Virus record (IMG/VR): IMGVR_UViG_3300042691_022081 | Coordinates: 6,872-70,871 of that record | DNA length: 64,000 nucleotides | Direction: 5' to 3' (one strand) | Origin: a virus | Shown here: piece by piece, positions 10,715 through 19,597 of the stretch | Layout of the letters: every line of letters begins with the position of its first letter | Numbering within the stretch: the first letter of the stretch is position 1 | Translations under genes and position numbers: made by a program | Notes under the pieces: model-generated | What the model was told of the DNA's origin: nothing | What the model saw: only the letters and a program-made list of their open reading frames with translations | Databases searched by the model: none

Positions 10715-11410
10715 TTACTTTCTATCGCCAAATAACTGTAACAAGTTGAGGAACAAGTTGATAAAATCCATGTACAATGTTAGTGCTCCACGCACTTCAG
10801 CGGCTGGTGCAGTATCTACACTTAGTTCTTCTCGAATCTTTTGTGTGTCATATGCTGTTAATCCTAAAAAGATAATAATTGCCAATGCTGAAATGACCAT
10901 CTGCATTACTGTACTACCAATAAAGATATTAACAATACTGGCAATGATAATGGCAATCAGACCAACAAACATAAACTTACCCATGCTGTCTAGGCTACGT
11001 TTAGTAAAATAACCATAACCACTCATAACACCAAATAAAATTGCTGCACCCATAAAGGCACTGACAATTGAACCCATAGTAAATACAGCAAAGATCATTG
11101 CAAAGCTCAAGCCCATTAATGCCGCAAAGCCGTGCAAACACAACTGAGCAATTTCTTTACTAGGATTATTTCCTAGTACCATAGCAATACCAAAAATTGC
11201 TACTAGCGGTGCAAAAATAACAATCCACTTTAGTACACCTGTAAAAAAGAACGCCAACAACTCTGGGCTAGTTCCTACAAAGTAACTAACAAGCATAGAT
11301 ACAACTACTGCTAGGCTCATGTGTCCATAAACACGACCCATAGCACTATTAATTTCTTCTGCTGAGCGATAACTTAAAACACCATCACTCATATAATTAG
11401 AACCGAACAT
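10715..11410 (-). CDS. Bax inhibitor-1/YccA family membrane protein
   Basis: About 7 TM segments; GLTAYDTQKI and ALTLYMDFINLFLNLL signature. Confidence 0.92.
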   Translation of the reverse strand: MFGSNYMSDGVLSYRSAEEINSAMGRVYGHMSLAVVVSMLVSYFVGTSPELLAFFFTGVLKWIVIFAPLVAIFGIAMVLGNNPSKEIAQLCLHGFAALMGLSFAMIFAVFTMGSIVSAFMGAAILFGVMSGYGYFTKRSLDSMGKFMFVGLIAIIIASIVNIFIGSTVMQMVISALAIIIFLGLTAYDTQKIREELSVDTAPAAEVRGALTLYMDFINLFLNLLQLFGDRK

Positions 11411-11421
11411 TTCATTCTCCT

Positions 11422-11787
11422 TTAAACAAACGGTTTAAGATCGGGCGGTACCCAGCCCACGGGTTTTAAAACTTTACCATCTTCACGCTTACGAACTTTG
11501 CCCGTATCTTTATCGATCTTAGCAAAGTTAGTTTGCATCACTTCTTTCCAAGCACCTTCTGCATCACTGCCCATACTGTGTATAGCACCAATAGTGACAA
11601 CAAGTATGTCAATTAGAGCATCTAGTGTTTCCAACTGATCATGATTATTTACAGCAACTTGAAGTTCGTTGTACTCTTCTTGGATCAATCTAAGATACAT
11701 TTTAAATTGATCTTGATCAAAATCACCGCCTGTGGTTTGATCACAGGCTTTCATAAACTTTTCTTGATCTCTAAATGGATTCGTCAT
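11422..11787 (-). CDS. MazG/PRA-PH-like nucleotide pyrophosphohydrolase
   Basis: LIQEEYNEL, ETLDALIDILVV and REDGKVLKP motifs. Confidence 0.85.
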   Translation of the reverse strand: MTNPFRDQEKFMKACDQTTGGDFDQDQFKMYLRLIQEEYNELQVAVNNHDQLETLDALIDILVVTIGAIHSMGSDAEGAWKEVMQTNFAKIDKDTGKVRKREDGKVLKPVGWVPPDLKPFV

Positions 11788-11795
11788 ATTTTTCC

Positions 11796-12038
11796 TTAAA
11801 TTGTATTATTAGTTTCTGGTTCTATTCCCTCTGTACAAGGAATTGGTCTTCCATAAAAATCTAACATTAAAGTTCCCCAAACTCTGTCGCTATCTTCAAA
11901 TTCAACAAAAATTCTTCCGTATGCACAGAAAGTTCTAGTTTCAGTCATTGATCTTGGATTTTTTATTAAAACAGCAAACCCAACCAATAAGGTTATGCAA
12001 ATAGTCCAAGCTATAACTACCCAACGAAATATTTTCAC
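11796..12038 (-). CDS. Hypothetical protein with an N-terminal TM helix
   Basis: Fills the gap between the ligase and the MazG-like gene. Confidence 0.55.
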   Translation of the reverse strand: MKIFRWVVIAWTICITLLVGFAVLIKNPRSMTETRTFCAYGRIFVEFEDSDRVWGTLMLDFYGRPIPCTEGIEPETNNTI

Positions 12039-12053
12039 AGCATATTACTCAAT

Positions 12054-13382
12054 TTAGATTTTTTCACCTTTTACAAGTCCACGGAATCGCATGAATCGTG
12101 GAAAACGCAAACTATAAGTTCCGTCTTGGTTTTGTGTAATAGCATCTGCACGTACTTCTGCTACCATACCAACACAATCATCTTTGAAGGACCAGAAGCC
12201 AACCCGTTGCTCGTCAGTAAGTCCGCTACCAACATTAACTCGGATATCCTTGCCATCGTCAACACCTTCGCATACAAGCGCACCAAGTCGTCCTACATTC
12301 TTACCCGTGCCTTCTTCTGTAGCAACTACAGTGAGGCTAACTTCGATAAATGGTTTCAACTTTAGCCATGCCACACTACGTTTGCATTCGTAGCCAGCTT
12401 CTGGGTCTTTGATCATGATTCCTTCATACCCTCCATCGATGGCTTGTTGGTTAATATCTTTAAAACGTTTTGCGCCTGCCGTAGTATCTAAGTCAACAAG
12501 TTCGTGACCAACAACTGCTACATTAGGCAGTTCGTCTTTGTAAGTTTTGTGCCAATAGTATAACATGTCGCTTCGTTCTTTTTGGCTTTTATCCCATTCG
12601 CCTTGTTCAAAATTTTCAAGCGGAAGAAAATCAAACAAGTGTAGCACAGCATCGTTGGCTTGCACATTGTCTTTACGGTGTACCTGTTTCATTAGGTCCT
12701 GGAAACTGCTAGACATAACTTCGCCGTCGAGAACAAAATCTAAATTTTTACTAGTACCGTGTTTTTTTACAACCTTGCTAATTTGTTCCGTTATGTGAGG
12801 GAAGTTAACAAGCTCTTTACCATTACGACTAAACATATCGACACGACCGTCACTGCGTACAATAGTGATAACCCTAACACCATCCAATTTAACTTCGATA
12901 AGTTTTTGCCCTGTAACTTTTGATTCATGATTACTGCTATCGTGAGCAAGCTGACAACCAAAAACAGGAACAGCAAAATCAGCATATTTCTTCTCCACCA
13001 TTTTGTTAATTGTTTTTTCGCTTACACCACAACGTAAATCTTTAATAAGGATGCGTCGATACCAACCGTTCCATTGTGCCTTGGTAGCCGATTTCATCAT
13101 TGCTTGTATCATATCCCTCGCTGTATTACCGGTGACGTTGCGAGTAACGAAACCAGTAAGAGCGAGAGTAAAACTATCCCAAGATAAACCAGGACCATCT
13201 TCATCTTTTTTCTCCGGTATTTGTTTGAGTCCAAAAGTAATCATTGGATCTAGTGCAAGACGACAACCTTCAAAAAATTCTTTGTTGCCTGCTTCTGCTT
13301 GGGCAAGAATAATTGCTTCTTTGTTTAGACGGCTTGGATGATCTTCCAAAGTAGAAATTACATACTGGCAAGGATCGCTCAT
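12054..13382 (-). CDS. lig: ATP-dependent DNA ligase
   Basis: Motif I EVKLDGVR, LDGEV, GYEGIMIK, WLKLKP, VGSG and SLRFPRF. Confidence 0.95.
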   Translation of the reverse strand: MSDPCQYVISTLEDHPSRLNKEAIILAQAEAGNKEFFEGCRLALDPMITFGLKQIPEKKDEDGPGLSWDSFTLALTGFVTRNVTGNTARDMIQAMMKSATKAQWNGWYRRILIKDLRCGVSEKTINKMVEKKYADFAVPVFGCQLAHDSSNHESKVTGQKLIEVKLDGVRVITIVRSDGRVDMFSRNGKELVNFPHITEQISKVVKKHGTSKNLDFVLDGEVMSSSFQDLMKQVHRKDNVQANDAVLHLFDFLPLENFEQGEWDKSQKERSDMLYYWHKTYKDELPNVAVVGHELVDLDTTAGAKRFKDINQQAIDGGYEGIMIKDPEAGYECKRSVAWLKLKPFIEVSLTVVATEEGTGKNVGRLGALVCEGVDDGKDIRVNVGSGLTDEQRVGFWSFKDDCVGMVAEVRADAITQNQDGTYSLRFPRFMRFRGLVKGEKI

Positions 13383-13416
13383 GAATAGACCTTTCGAATA
13401 ACTAGTTAATGTAGCT

Positions 13417-13445
13417 ATTATACAGTCAGACTATTAGTATGTCAA
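13417..13445 (-). promoter_or_regulatory. Consensus sigma70 promoter for the ligase operon
   Basis: TTGACA-N17-TATAAT, exact. Confidence 0.85.
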
Positions 13446-14162
13446 GTGATTTGTTGTCTTAAATGGTTTGCCTTCGTAAGCATATTCTAATTGATTCATT
13501 ATCTTACGCTTCATTTGGCGAACTTTTGGATGGTCATGATTGTACTCAAAAGCCTTCATAAAACGCCCCCATGAGTTTGGACGAACACGTTTTGGAACTT
13601 TGGCATCTAAGTAGTTTTTGATTGAACGGGTGTCCCACCCAAATTTATCAATCATATCTTGAGCAAGATTAAAAGCGTGGGCTCCCATTTCATCTCTGTC
13701 GCCATAGTACTCTTGCTCTTTACGAGTTCGAGCATAATAAGCAGTACTTTGATATCCTGGTATAGCTTTGAAATTTCTAGCACGAAATTGTCTAGTATGG
13801 ATAACTTCGTGTAGAACTGTATCAGCAAATAGTTGGCAAACACGTTCCCAACGATAGGTGCTCATACGCATAGTAGCTGTTTTGGGAGGATAAGCCAGTT
13901 CAATTTCAATAAAACGCTTTCTACCTTTTTTGTCTAAGTCGCTGTAGTAAGCACCACCTACCCAAATTTCGCCTTTTTTAACAGGATTGAATCTACTGCT
14001 TTTTACTTTGATAGGCAAGTGTGCTTTAACATGTTGGCTTATAATACTGGTAATTTCGCCTATAGGTAACCGCTTATCAACTAATTCAGACTTTAGCTGA
14101 TAAAGCATTGAGTACAAGGTATTGCGGTCCAATAAGGACCAATTAAAAGCCTGGCGGGCCAT
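13434..14162 (-). CDS. Hypothetical HExxH (zincin-like) protein
   Basis: DTVLHEVIHTRQ...EYYGDRDEMGA; TATAAATA at 14183-14190; paralogous to 22616-23281. Confidence 0.6.
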   Translation of the reverse strand: MARQAFNWSLLDRNTLYSMLYQLKSELVDKRLPIGEITSIISQHVKAHLPIKVKSSRFNPVKKGEIWVGGAYYSDLDKKGRKRFIEIELAYPPKTATMRMSTYRWERVCQLFADTVLHEVIHTRQFRARNFKAIPGYQSTAYYARTRKEQEYYGDRDEMGAHAFNLAQDMIDKFGWDTRSIKNYLDAKVPKRVRPNSWGRFMKAFEYNHDHPKVRQMKRKIMNQLEYAYEGKPFKTTNHLTY

Positions 14163-14221
14163 AGTACACTCCTAGACATTACTATTTATAGTATACTAGG
14201 GCTAACCATTATATACGCACT

Positions 14222-14265
14222 TTATGGGCGTTTTGTAATGGGCTCGTCTACCAAACCAAAATTTA
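14222..14265 (-). repeat. Degenerate copy of the clpP 3' end (direct repeat with 15361-15404)
   Basis: 38/44 nt identical by manual alignment; translates LNFGLVDEPITKRP* versus [14 protein letters not shown] in ClpP. Confidence 0.85.
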
Positions 14266-14337
14266 GCACATGATTTTAAATAATTCAAAGAATCCTGGTA
14301 TTAGATACTAAATATTATATCAAAAATTTGAATAATC

Positions 14338-15348
14338 ATGAGTGATTTAAGAAAATTAATCGAACATATCGATCATGTTGAAAGGGGTGGAGAATTTGCT
14401 CGACTACTAGACCCTGCAACAGGTCGCATTGTCAGCGTTCCTATAAATGAAAATCTAGGAAAGCTGTTAGGTGCAGCGGCAGCTGGCGGTGCGCTCGGAT
14501 ATGGTGCAAGTTGGTTAAAAGATAAGTTTTTTTCTGATAAACCAAACGCAGATAGTTCGGGATCATCTGGATCCTCCAATTCGACGGGATCGTCAGGATC
14601 GTCAGGAACTGCTTATTTTGTGCCCGATGACCAAGTAAACCCAGAATGGAAGAATTACAAACAAAGAATGAATCCTAATGGGAATCAAGGACACCAAGGT
14701 TCAGGTATTGATCCAAATGATGATCCAAATGATCCTAAAACATGGCCGCCTGGTGTGAAAAAAGCTCCAGACTTTGGTTTTCTAGATCCTAACGGTCTGT
14801 GGATTCCTACACCGTTTGATGTAAGAACTGGTGGCCGAGATAGTAAATGGACTATACCTCAGACAAGTCCAGCAAATATTATAGGAATTCCTGCGAGTAA
14901 ATTGACACCTTTTCAACAAAAAACTCAAGAGCTTGGCCATAAAAACTGTTGTACTTCGGCTTCACATCTTGAGCAAACTAAGGTTGTACAGTTACCCAAT
15001 GGTGCTCCCCAAATACCAGGTTATAAACAAGTGGATGCAAAACGATTCGCTACAGATATGAAACAATCTTGGGGCCCTAATGATTTCAATTGGCAGTATG
15101 CTTATAAGAACGGTAACAAGTTTGTTTTAATTGTGCCCTGGCTATGGTACAATACAAAGATTAGTATTGGCAGATACTATTCCGGTTGGAACACAAATCT
15201 ACGTTATGACCAGAATAAAGTTAACACACCAAATGGTGTAGTGTATGTTGCAGCCAAAAAGTGGGTTGTAAATGATATGTTCTTAGATGTTATTATTCAC
15301 TCCACAGACAATATTGGTGATAAAATTTTAGCAAATATAAAAATATAA
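14338..15348 (+). CDS. Hypothetical, possibly virion-packaged protein with a Ser/Gly linker
   Basis: Opposite strand to its neighbours; TAAATA at 14309; N-terminal MSDLRKLIE...INE, a GAAAAGGALG segment and an SSGSSGSS linker. Confidence 0.6.
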   Translation: MSDLRKLIEHIDHVERGGEFARLLDPATGRIVSVPINENLGKLLGAAAAGGALGYGASWLKDKFFSDKPNADSSGSSGSSNSTGSSGSSGTAYFVPDDQVNPEWKNYKQRMNPNGNQGHQGSGIDPNDDPNDPKTWPPGVKKAPDFGFLDPNGLWIPTPFDVRTGGRDSKWTIPQTSPANIIGIPASKLTPFQQKTQELGHKNCCTSASHLEQTKVVQLPNGAPQIPGYKQVDAKRFATDMKQSWGPNDFNWQYAYKNGNKFVLIVPWLWYNTKISIGRYYSGWNTNLRYDQNKVNTPNGVVYVAAKKWVVNDMFLDVIIHSTDNIGDKILANIKI

Positions 15349-15360
15349 GTATTACCAAGT

Positions 15361-15951
15361 CTACGGACGTTTTGTAATGATCTCGTCTACCAAACCAAAA
15401 TCTACAGCTTCTTGAGCACTCATAAAGTTATCCCGTTCCATAGCTGCATAAAACTCCTCAAAAGTCTTGCCCTTGCTGTTATGGTTAACATAAATTTGGG
15501 TAAGATTTTGTTTCATTTTTAAGATTTCTTTTACTTGAATTTCCATGTCAGTAGCCTGCCCACCCGCACCACCACTTGGTTGATGAATCATATGGCGAGC
15601 ATTTGGAAGCATTTTACGCTTGCCTTTAGCACCTGCTTGGGCTAAAAGTGAACCCATGCTACACGCTTGTCCCATGACAATAGTTGAAACATCTGGACGG
15701 ATGAATTGCATGGTATCATAAATTGCCATGCCAGCAGTAACCACACCGCCAGGGCTATTGATAAAAAATGAGATGTCTTCATTTCCTTGGCTCTCCAAAA
15801 ATAAGAGCTGTGCTACTATCAAACTAGCACTATGCTCATTAACATCTGTGTCTAGCATAACGATTCGATCCTTGAGCAGTCGACTATAAATGTCATAACT
15901 ACGTTCTCCGCGAGCTTCTTGCTCGATAACCATTGGTACCAAATGTGGCAT
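15361..15951 (-). CDS. clpP: ATP-dependent Clp protease proteolytic subunit
   Basis: [22 protein letters not shown] (catalytic Ser), MIHQP (His) and ERDNF (Asp). Confidence 0.96.
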   Translation of the reverse strand: MPHLVPMVIEQEARGERSYDIYSRLLKDRIVMLDTDVNEHSASLIVAQLLFLESQGNEDISFFINSPGGVVTAGMAIYDTMQFIRPDVSTIVMGQACSMGSLLAQAGAKGKRKMLPNARHMIHQPSGGAGGQATDMEIQVKEILKMKQNLTQIYVNHNSKGKTFEEFYAAMERDNFMSAQEAVDFGLVDEIITKRP

Positions 15952-16181
15952 TATTCTTCTCCAAAAATGTAAGCGGACATTTTCCGCTCGGTTGTTTCTT
16001 TATCTTTCATAGCGCATTCAAAACAGATATTTTCATCGTTTGGACCGTAAGGTCTGCACTCATCTACTGTACCGCACATCTCGCAAACTTCAGGCGGTTG
16101 TTCGGCAATTATTCCTCGTCCTGACATTCGTATTTCTCCAGACAGTAATACCAAAGTGAATAATGACAGCAAAGATAGCAA
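15951..16181 (-). CDS. Small Zn-finger hypothetical protein (true start probably at MSGRG)
   Basis: CEMC...CRPYG...ICFEC. Confidence 0.6.
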   Translation of the reverse strand: MLSLLSLFTLVLLSGEIRMSGRGIIAEQPPEVCEMCGTVDECRPYGPNDENICFECAMKDKETTERKMSAYIFGEE

Positions 16182-16199
16182 ATACTAACCAAAGTCTAA

Positions 16200-16358
16200 T
16201 CATTGTGATTCTTTCTTAATTTCTGGTTTAGGTTGTTCTTTTTTCTCTTCAACTTTCTTTTCTTTGAAGACGGGTTCAGGCAAGTAGGGTGTAATAACAT
16301 AATAGTTAGCACCCCACCAACCTAGTGCCGATAAGAAACCAATAACGATATATTCCAT
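16200..16358 (-). CDS. Small membrane-anchored protein (52 aa)
   Basis: Manual translation MEYIVIGFLSALGWWGANYYVITPYLPEPVFKEKK...; start overlaps the stop of the upstream gene. Confidence 0.55.
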   Translation of the reverse strand: MEYIVIGFLSALGWWGANYYVITPYLPEPVFKEKKVEEKKEQPKPEIKKESQ

Positions 16359-16912
16359 TATCGCTCCAGCTCTTTAAATGCCTCCGGAGCACGTTGTTGA
16401 GCCATTTCTTGGAGTCGATGTTGCTCTTTGGCACGTCTTAGAATATTAGCATCACCCGTAGGTAATGCTACCAATACATAAGTACGGAACCATTTGCCTT
16501 CAGGCACACGCTTAATTTCTTTAAGCTCGACGCCTGTCAAATCAACTTTGTCGCATGAACTCTTGCTGACTAATTCGTTAACAGCCGTAGCTGAATTTTC
16601 ACCTTCGGTACGGTAAACTTTATTACGCATACTCATTGTACCACCTGCGGTCATACAAATTTTTCGGTATGCGTCATCTTTTGCCAGCATGTCTGCATAG
16701 CTAAAGTCTGTGCTTTTACCAGTACCTGCTTCATACACAGCACTAGTGCTAGTAGGAACTTCAAACATCCATTTAGGAGCCTTATCAATAGCACGTTCAA
16801 CATAGCGTTCTTGTCGTTCACGTTCCATATCGGCTCTTTTACCATAAGGATCTGTTGTACCACAAGCGGTCAAAACAGCAACAATTGGCAACAGAGTAAG
16901 TATCTTTTTCAT
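16358..16912 (-). CDS. Lipoprotein (LPP20-like)
   Basis: Lipobox LTAC after the signal peptide; APKW motif. Confidence 0.7.
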   Translation of the reverse strand: MKKILTLLPIVAVLTACGTTDPYGKRADMERERQERYVERAIDKAPKWMFEVPTSTSAVYEAGTGKSTDFSYADMLAKDDAYRKICMTAGGTMSMRNKVYRTEGENSATAVNELVSKSSCDKVDLTGVELKEIKRVPEGKWFRTYVLVALPTGDANILRRAKEQHRLQEMAQQRAPEAFKELER

Positions 16913-17034
16913 TATTTTCCACCTATTTTTTCTTTAGTCCATTCTGCACTAGACGTAAGGTCCTTACCAACTCCTGCTACAGTAGAACAAGCGGTAAGAG
17001 CTAGTGTTACTACAAATGCGAATACTACTTTCAT
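16912..17034 (-). CDS. Entericidin EcnA/B-like small lipoprotein
   Basis: Manual translation MKVVFAFVVTLALTACSTVAGVGKDLTSSAEWTKEKIGGK matches the 'LtaCnTv.GvG.D' signature. Confidence 0.7.
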   Translation of the reverse strand: MKVVFAFVVTLALTACSTVAGVGKDLTSSAEWTKEKIGGK

Positions 17035-17159
17035 TTTGCCATCTCCTGTGACTGTGTTTTAACTGTTTCTACACCTTTATCAAGCATACGAGCAATACCG
17101 CTAAATCCAACGGTAGCCAGTACCAATCCAAAGATAGTGCCTGCAATAAATGCCTTCAT
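17031..17159 (-). CDS. Small membrane protein (42 aa)
   Basis: Manual translation MKAFIAGTIFGLVLATVGFSGIARMLDKGVETVKTQSQEMAK; ATGA overlap with the next gene. Confidence 0.6.
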   Translation of the reverse strand: MKAFIAGTIFGLVLATVGFSGIARMLDKGVETVKTQSQEMAK

Positions 17160-17194
17160 AAAATGTGCCTCAATATGTTGTTGAACATGACTAT

Positions 17195-17223
17195 ATTATA
17201 TGATAGATGTTGCCAAATGTCAA
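17195..17223 (-). promoter_or_regulatory. Consensus sigma70 promoter
   Basis: TTGACA-N17-TATAAT, exact. Confidence 0.85.
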
Positions 17224-17861
17224 TGGACATTTTTACCAATTGCATACATCTTTTTTAAGAATTCGGTACTAAACTTCCAGCACGGGTAATTATAGTAGCC
17301 GTCTCCTTTATAACTTAACTGTAAATAGCGGGTGCTTGGATTTTGAGAGGAACTACAACTTAATCGATTATAGCTGTACTTGGTCATAGCTTGTACACAT
17401 GCCCAATAATCATTTTCTAAAATACGTTTAGTTGAATCGTCCAAATTTGACATGTCAAAATGAACCCAGCTATCAACATTATATTTGGCATCGTCGTAAT
17501 AGCCGCCTTTTTTTCTGTAAAACACATAAAGGGTTTTTGACATTTTTTTGAAAGGGTCGCTATTAAAAAAAGAAACATGTGGAAAGGTTGACACTAATCG
17601 ATTATATTCTTGTAACGGAATAGTACCAATAGAAATTGGTTTTACTGTGAACGTATTTTTAATATTAACCGATTTAAATTCTGCATACTCTGTATCTGCA
17701 TTTCTGTCACTATTTGGTAAAATATTAAATTGACGTTCAATAAAGAATCCAAATCGTCCTGTGTTTGTAGATCTAGTTTGACTAGTTCCATCAAAAGGAA
17801 TTATAAAAGGATCCTTCAACGGTGTTAATACTTGCTCAACAACGTTATGTGTTAGTGTCAT
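17220..17861 (-). CDS. MutH/Sau3AI-family PD-(D/E)xK endonuclease
   Basis: NTGRFGFFIERQFNILPNSDRNAD...AEFKS resembles the MutH/Sau3AI 'G..G..iE..lg...ns...pD....ElK' core; later ILENDY...STRYLQL. Confidence 0.65.
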   Translation of the reverse strand: MTLTHNVVEQVLTPLKDPFIIPFDGTSQTRSTNTGRFGFFIERQFNILPNSDRNADTEYAEFKSVNIKNTFTVKPISIGTIPLQEYNRLVSTFPHVSFFNSDPFKKMSKTLYVFYRKKGGYYDDAKYNVDSWVHFDMSNLDDSTKRILENDYWACVQAMTKYSYNRLSCSSSQNPSTRYLQLSYKGDGYYNYPCWKFSTEFLKKMYAIGKNVH

Positions 17862-17892
17862 ATAGTTCTTTCATTTGGTTAAACATGAATCA

Positions 17893-17921
17893 ATTGTATT
17901 GCGAACATTACCACTTGTCAA
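17893..17921 (-). promoter_or_regulatory. sigma70-like promoter of the MutH-like gene
   Basis: TTGACA-N17-TACAAT. Confidence 0.7.
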
Positions 17922-18441
17922 CTACAGACCAAAGTTGGTCGTTTTGACATATGACACCTTTGGAGAACTGTAAACGTCCGTTATTATAGCGTTCACTAAA
18001 GTAACGACAGTTGGCTCCTTTAAATTTGAAATACTTTTTATTGGCAACCATGCCAAATTCGTTTTCCAAACCTTCGTCACCAATTTTCCAAGGACGATTT
18101 TGTGCTGTACCTTTCCCGCAAACCAACATAGATTCGCTTTGGTACTTACCACCCAAGCGCATATTCAATTCGCTCATACCATACTCGATAGCTTTTTGGC
18201 AACTGATTTCCGGATCACCGTAATCTTCGTGTGTCCAATTTACATTGTGTTTTTCACCATCGATTACAATGCTAAATTTGACTTGGCATTTTTGATGACT
18301 TTTAATTTTAACCAAATCATCAATATTGCCCATTTGTCGTTCGGCTGTGACTTTACTAGCCTGCCGCACTTGACAATCGTCTGCCAAAACAGTTTGGCTT
18401 ACTAAAGCTAAGAGTAATAGTAATTTTTTCATTGTTCGCAA
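17908..18441 (-). CDS. Secreted hypothetical protein (signal peptide, several Cys)
   Basis: MKKLLLLLALVSQTVLA signal peptide. Confidence 0.65.
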   Translation of the reverse strand: MRTMKKLLLLLALVSQTVLADDCQVRQASKVTAERQMGNIDDLVKIKSHQKCQVKFSIVIDGEKHNVNWTHEDYGDPEISCQKAIEYGMSELNMRLGGKYQSESMLVCGKGTAQNRPWKIGDEGLENEFGMVANKKYFKFKGANCRYFSERYNNGRLQFSKGVICQNDQLWSVVDKW

Positions 18442-18683
18442 TTATAAACAAACCACCAAAGATGTTCTCTTAAAACTGAATTGTATTGTCTGTCTTGAGG
18501 AGACAAGTTATCTGGATTTTCTGAAAAGTTTTTTCTTTTTTGGATATCTGCTAAATGCCGATACTGCTCATTCTTTTTCTTACATGACAGCGGATAGTTT
18601 ATCAGCTCTTCAATCGTAGGTAAAGGAGCACTGTTACTGCATCCTGCAACTAACACAATTACAAATGCAATTAGAAATTTCAT
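18429..18683 (-). CDS. Small lipoprotein
   Basis: VAGC lipobox. Confidence 0.6.
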   Translation of the reverse strand: MKFLIAFVIVLVAGCSNSAPLPTIEELINYPLSCKKKNEQYRHLADIQKRKNFSENPDNLSPQDRQYNSVLREHLWWFVYNCEQ

Positions 18684-19126
18684 TGGTATTTGTCATCAAG
18701 TTCTACGTTAGTTAAACCCGCAATAGTTTGGAACTTGTCCCAAGCAGTCTTTGCGGCTGGATTCTTTTCTAGCTCTGAGCTAGGTAGCACAGCTTCTAGC
18801 CAAATTTCAGGACGGCGCTTTGGATGAGCACCAAACTTACGTGGCTGATGAAACAGGCCACGTTCCCACAGCTCAATACTTACACTACGAAAGCGGTCTT
18901 CGTCTTCATCTTTATAACCGTACCACTCTGGGTTGCTACCACTGAATAGTCCACGCATTGAGTTTGCGTCATCACCACCGCCGTAACCTTCCCAAATGCC
19001 TTGCCATTGGTCATCGTTATGGGGATCGAAGTCTGTTCGAGCAATGATAACTAGCACATCGTCAATGTCTACTACACCGTCGACAATATCTCGAACGCAT
19101 CGGCTGTAACTTAGTCCAATTTTCAT
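18680..19126 (-). CDS. Hypothetical phage protein
   Basis: ATGA-coupled ORF in the operon. Confidence 0.7.
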   Translation of the reverse strand: MKIGLSYSRCVRDIVDGVVDIDDVLVIIARTDFDPHNDDQWQGIWEGYGGGDDANSMRGLFSGSNPEWYGYKDEDEDRFRSVSIELWERGLFHQPRKFGAHPKRRPEIWLEAVLPSSELEKNPAAKTAWDKFQTIAGLTNVELDDKYQ

Positions 19127-19443
19127 AGTTTGATTTTAATTTGTTTAACTGAATCCCAACGGAAACTTTTCCAATGATTTGATTCTAAATCATAAACGGG
19201 ACAAACGTCTTCATTTACTTTTCTTTCTTTCTTTGGTTTAGGAAAGTCTATTGGATTATCAGTGTTAGTATAGTGTATTTCTTCAGTTAAGTCAACTGGA
19301 ACGAGTGATGGACTGGTTGTACACTCCATCACCCTTTCGGTTCCGTCTTTTTTGGTAAAGACAACAGTTACCGGACCAAAAGCCAAATGTCCTTTAAGCC
19401 ATTTTTTGAATAGCTTAAATTCTTTTTCACTTAAAGTCGTCAT
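19123..19443 (-). CDS. WYL-like / SH3 beta-barrel protein of T4-like phages
   Basis: VTVVFTKKDGTERVMECT...VYDLE...WKSFRWD. Confidence 0.75.
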   Translation of the reverse strand: MTTLSEKEFKLFKKWLKGHLAFGPVTVVFTKKDGTERVMECTTSPSLVPVDLTEEIHYTNTDNPIDFPKPKKERKVNEDVCPVYDLESNHWKSFRWDSVKQIKIKL

Positions 19444-19597
19444 TTGCCATTTCCATTTCTTGGACACGCTCGCGCAAACGAATAATTTCTTTCTCAAGAT
19501 TTTCAATATGAGCTGCTACTTTATCCATGAATTCAGCAGTATTGTTGCCAGTAGTTCTTAGCATATCAACAACTGTTGGTCGTTTTTCTTCTGTCAT
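19427..19597 (-). CDS. Small coiled-coil protein (56 aa)
   Basis: Manual translation MTEEKRPTVVDMLRTTGNNTAEFMDKVAAHIENLEKEIIRLRERVQEMEMANDDFK; GGAG RBS. Confidence 0.55.
   Translation of the reverse strand: MTEEKRPTVVDMLRTTGNNTAEFMDKVAAHIENLEKEIIRLRERVQEMEMANDDFK

Noticed and set aside
16087-16203. Short [29 protein letters not shown]... as a truncated gene
   Set aside because: It looks like a deletion remnant running into the next gene, but this cannot be supported without homologs.
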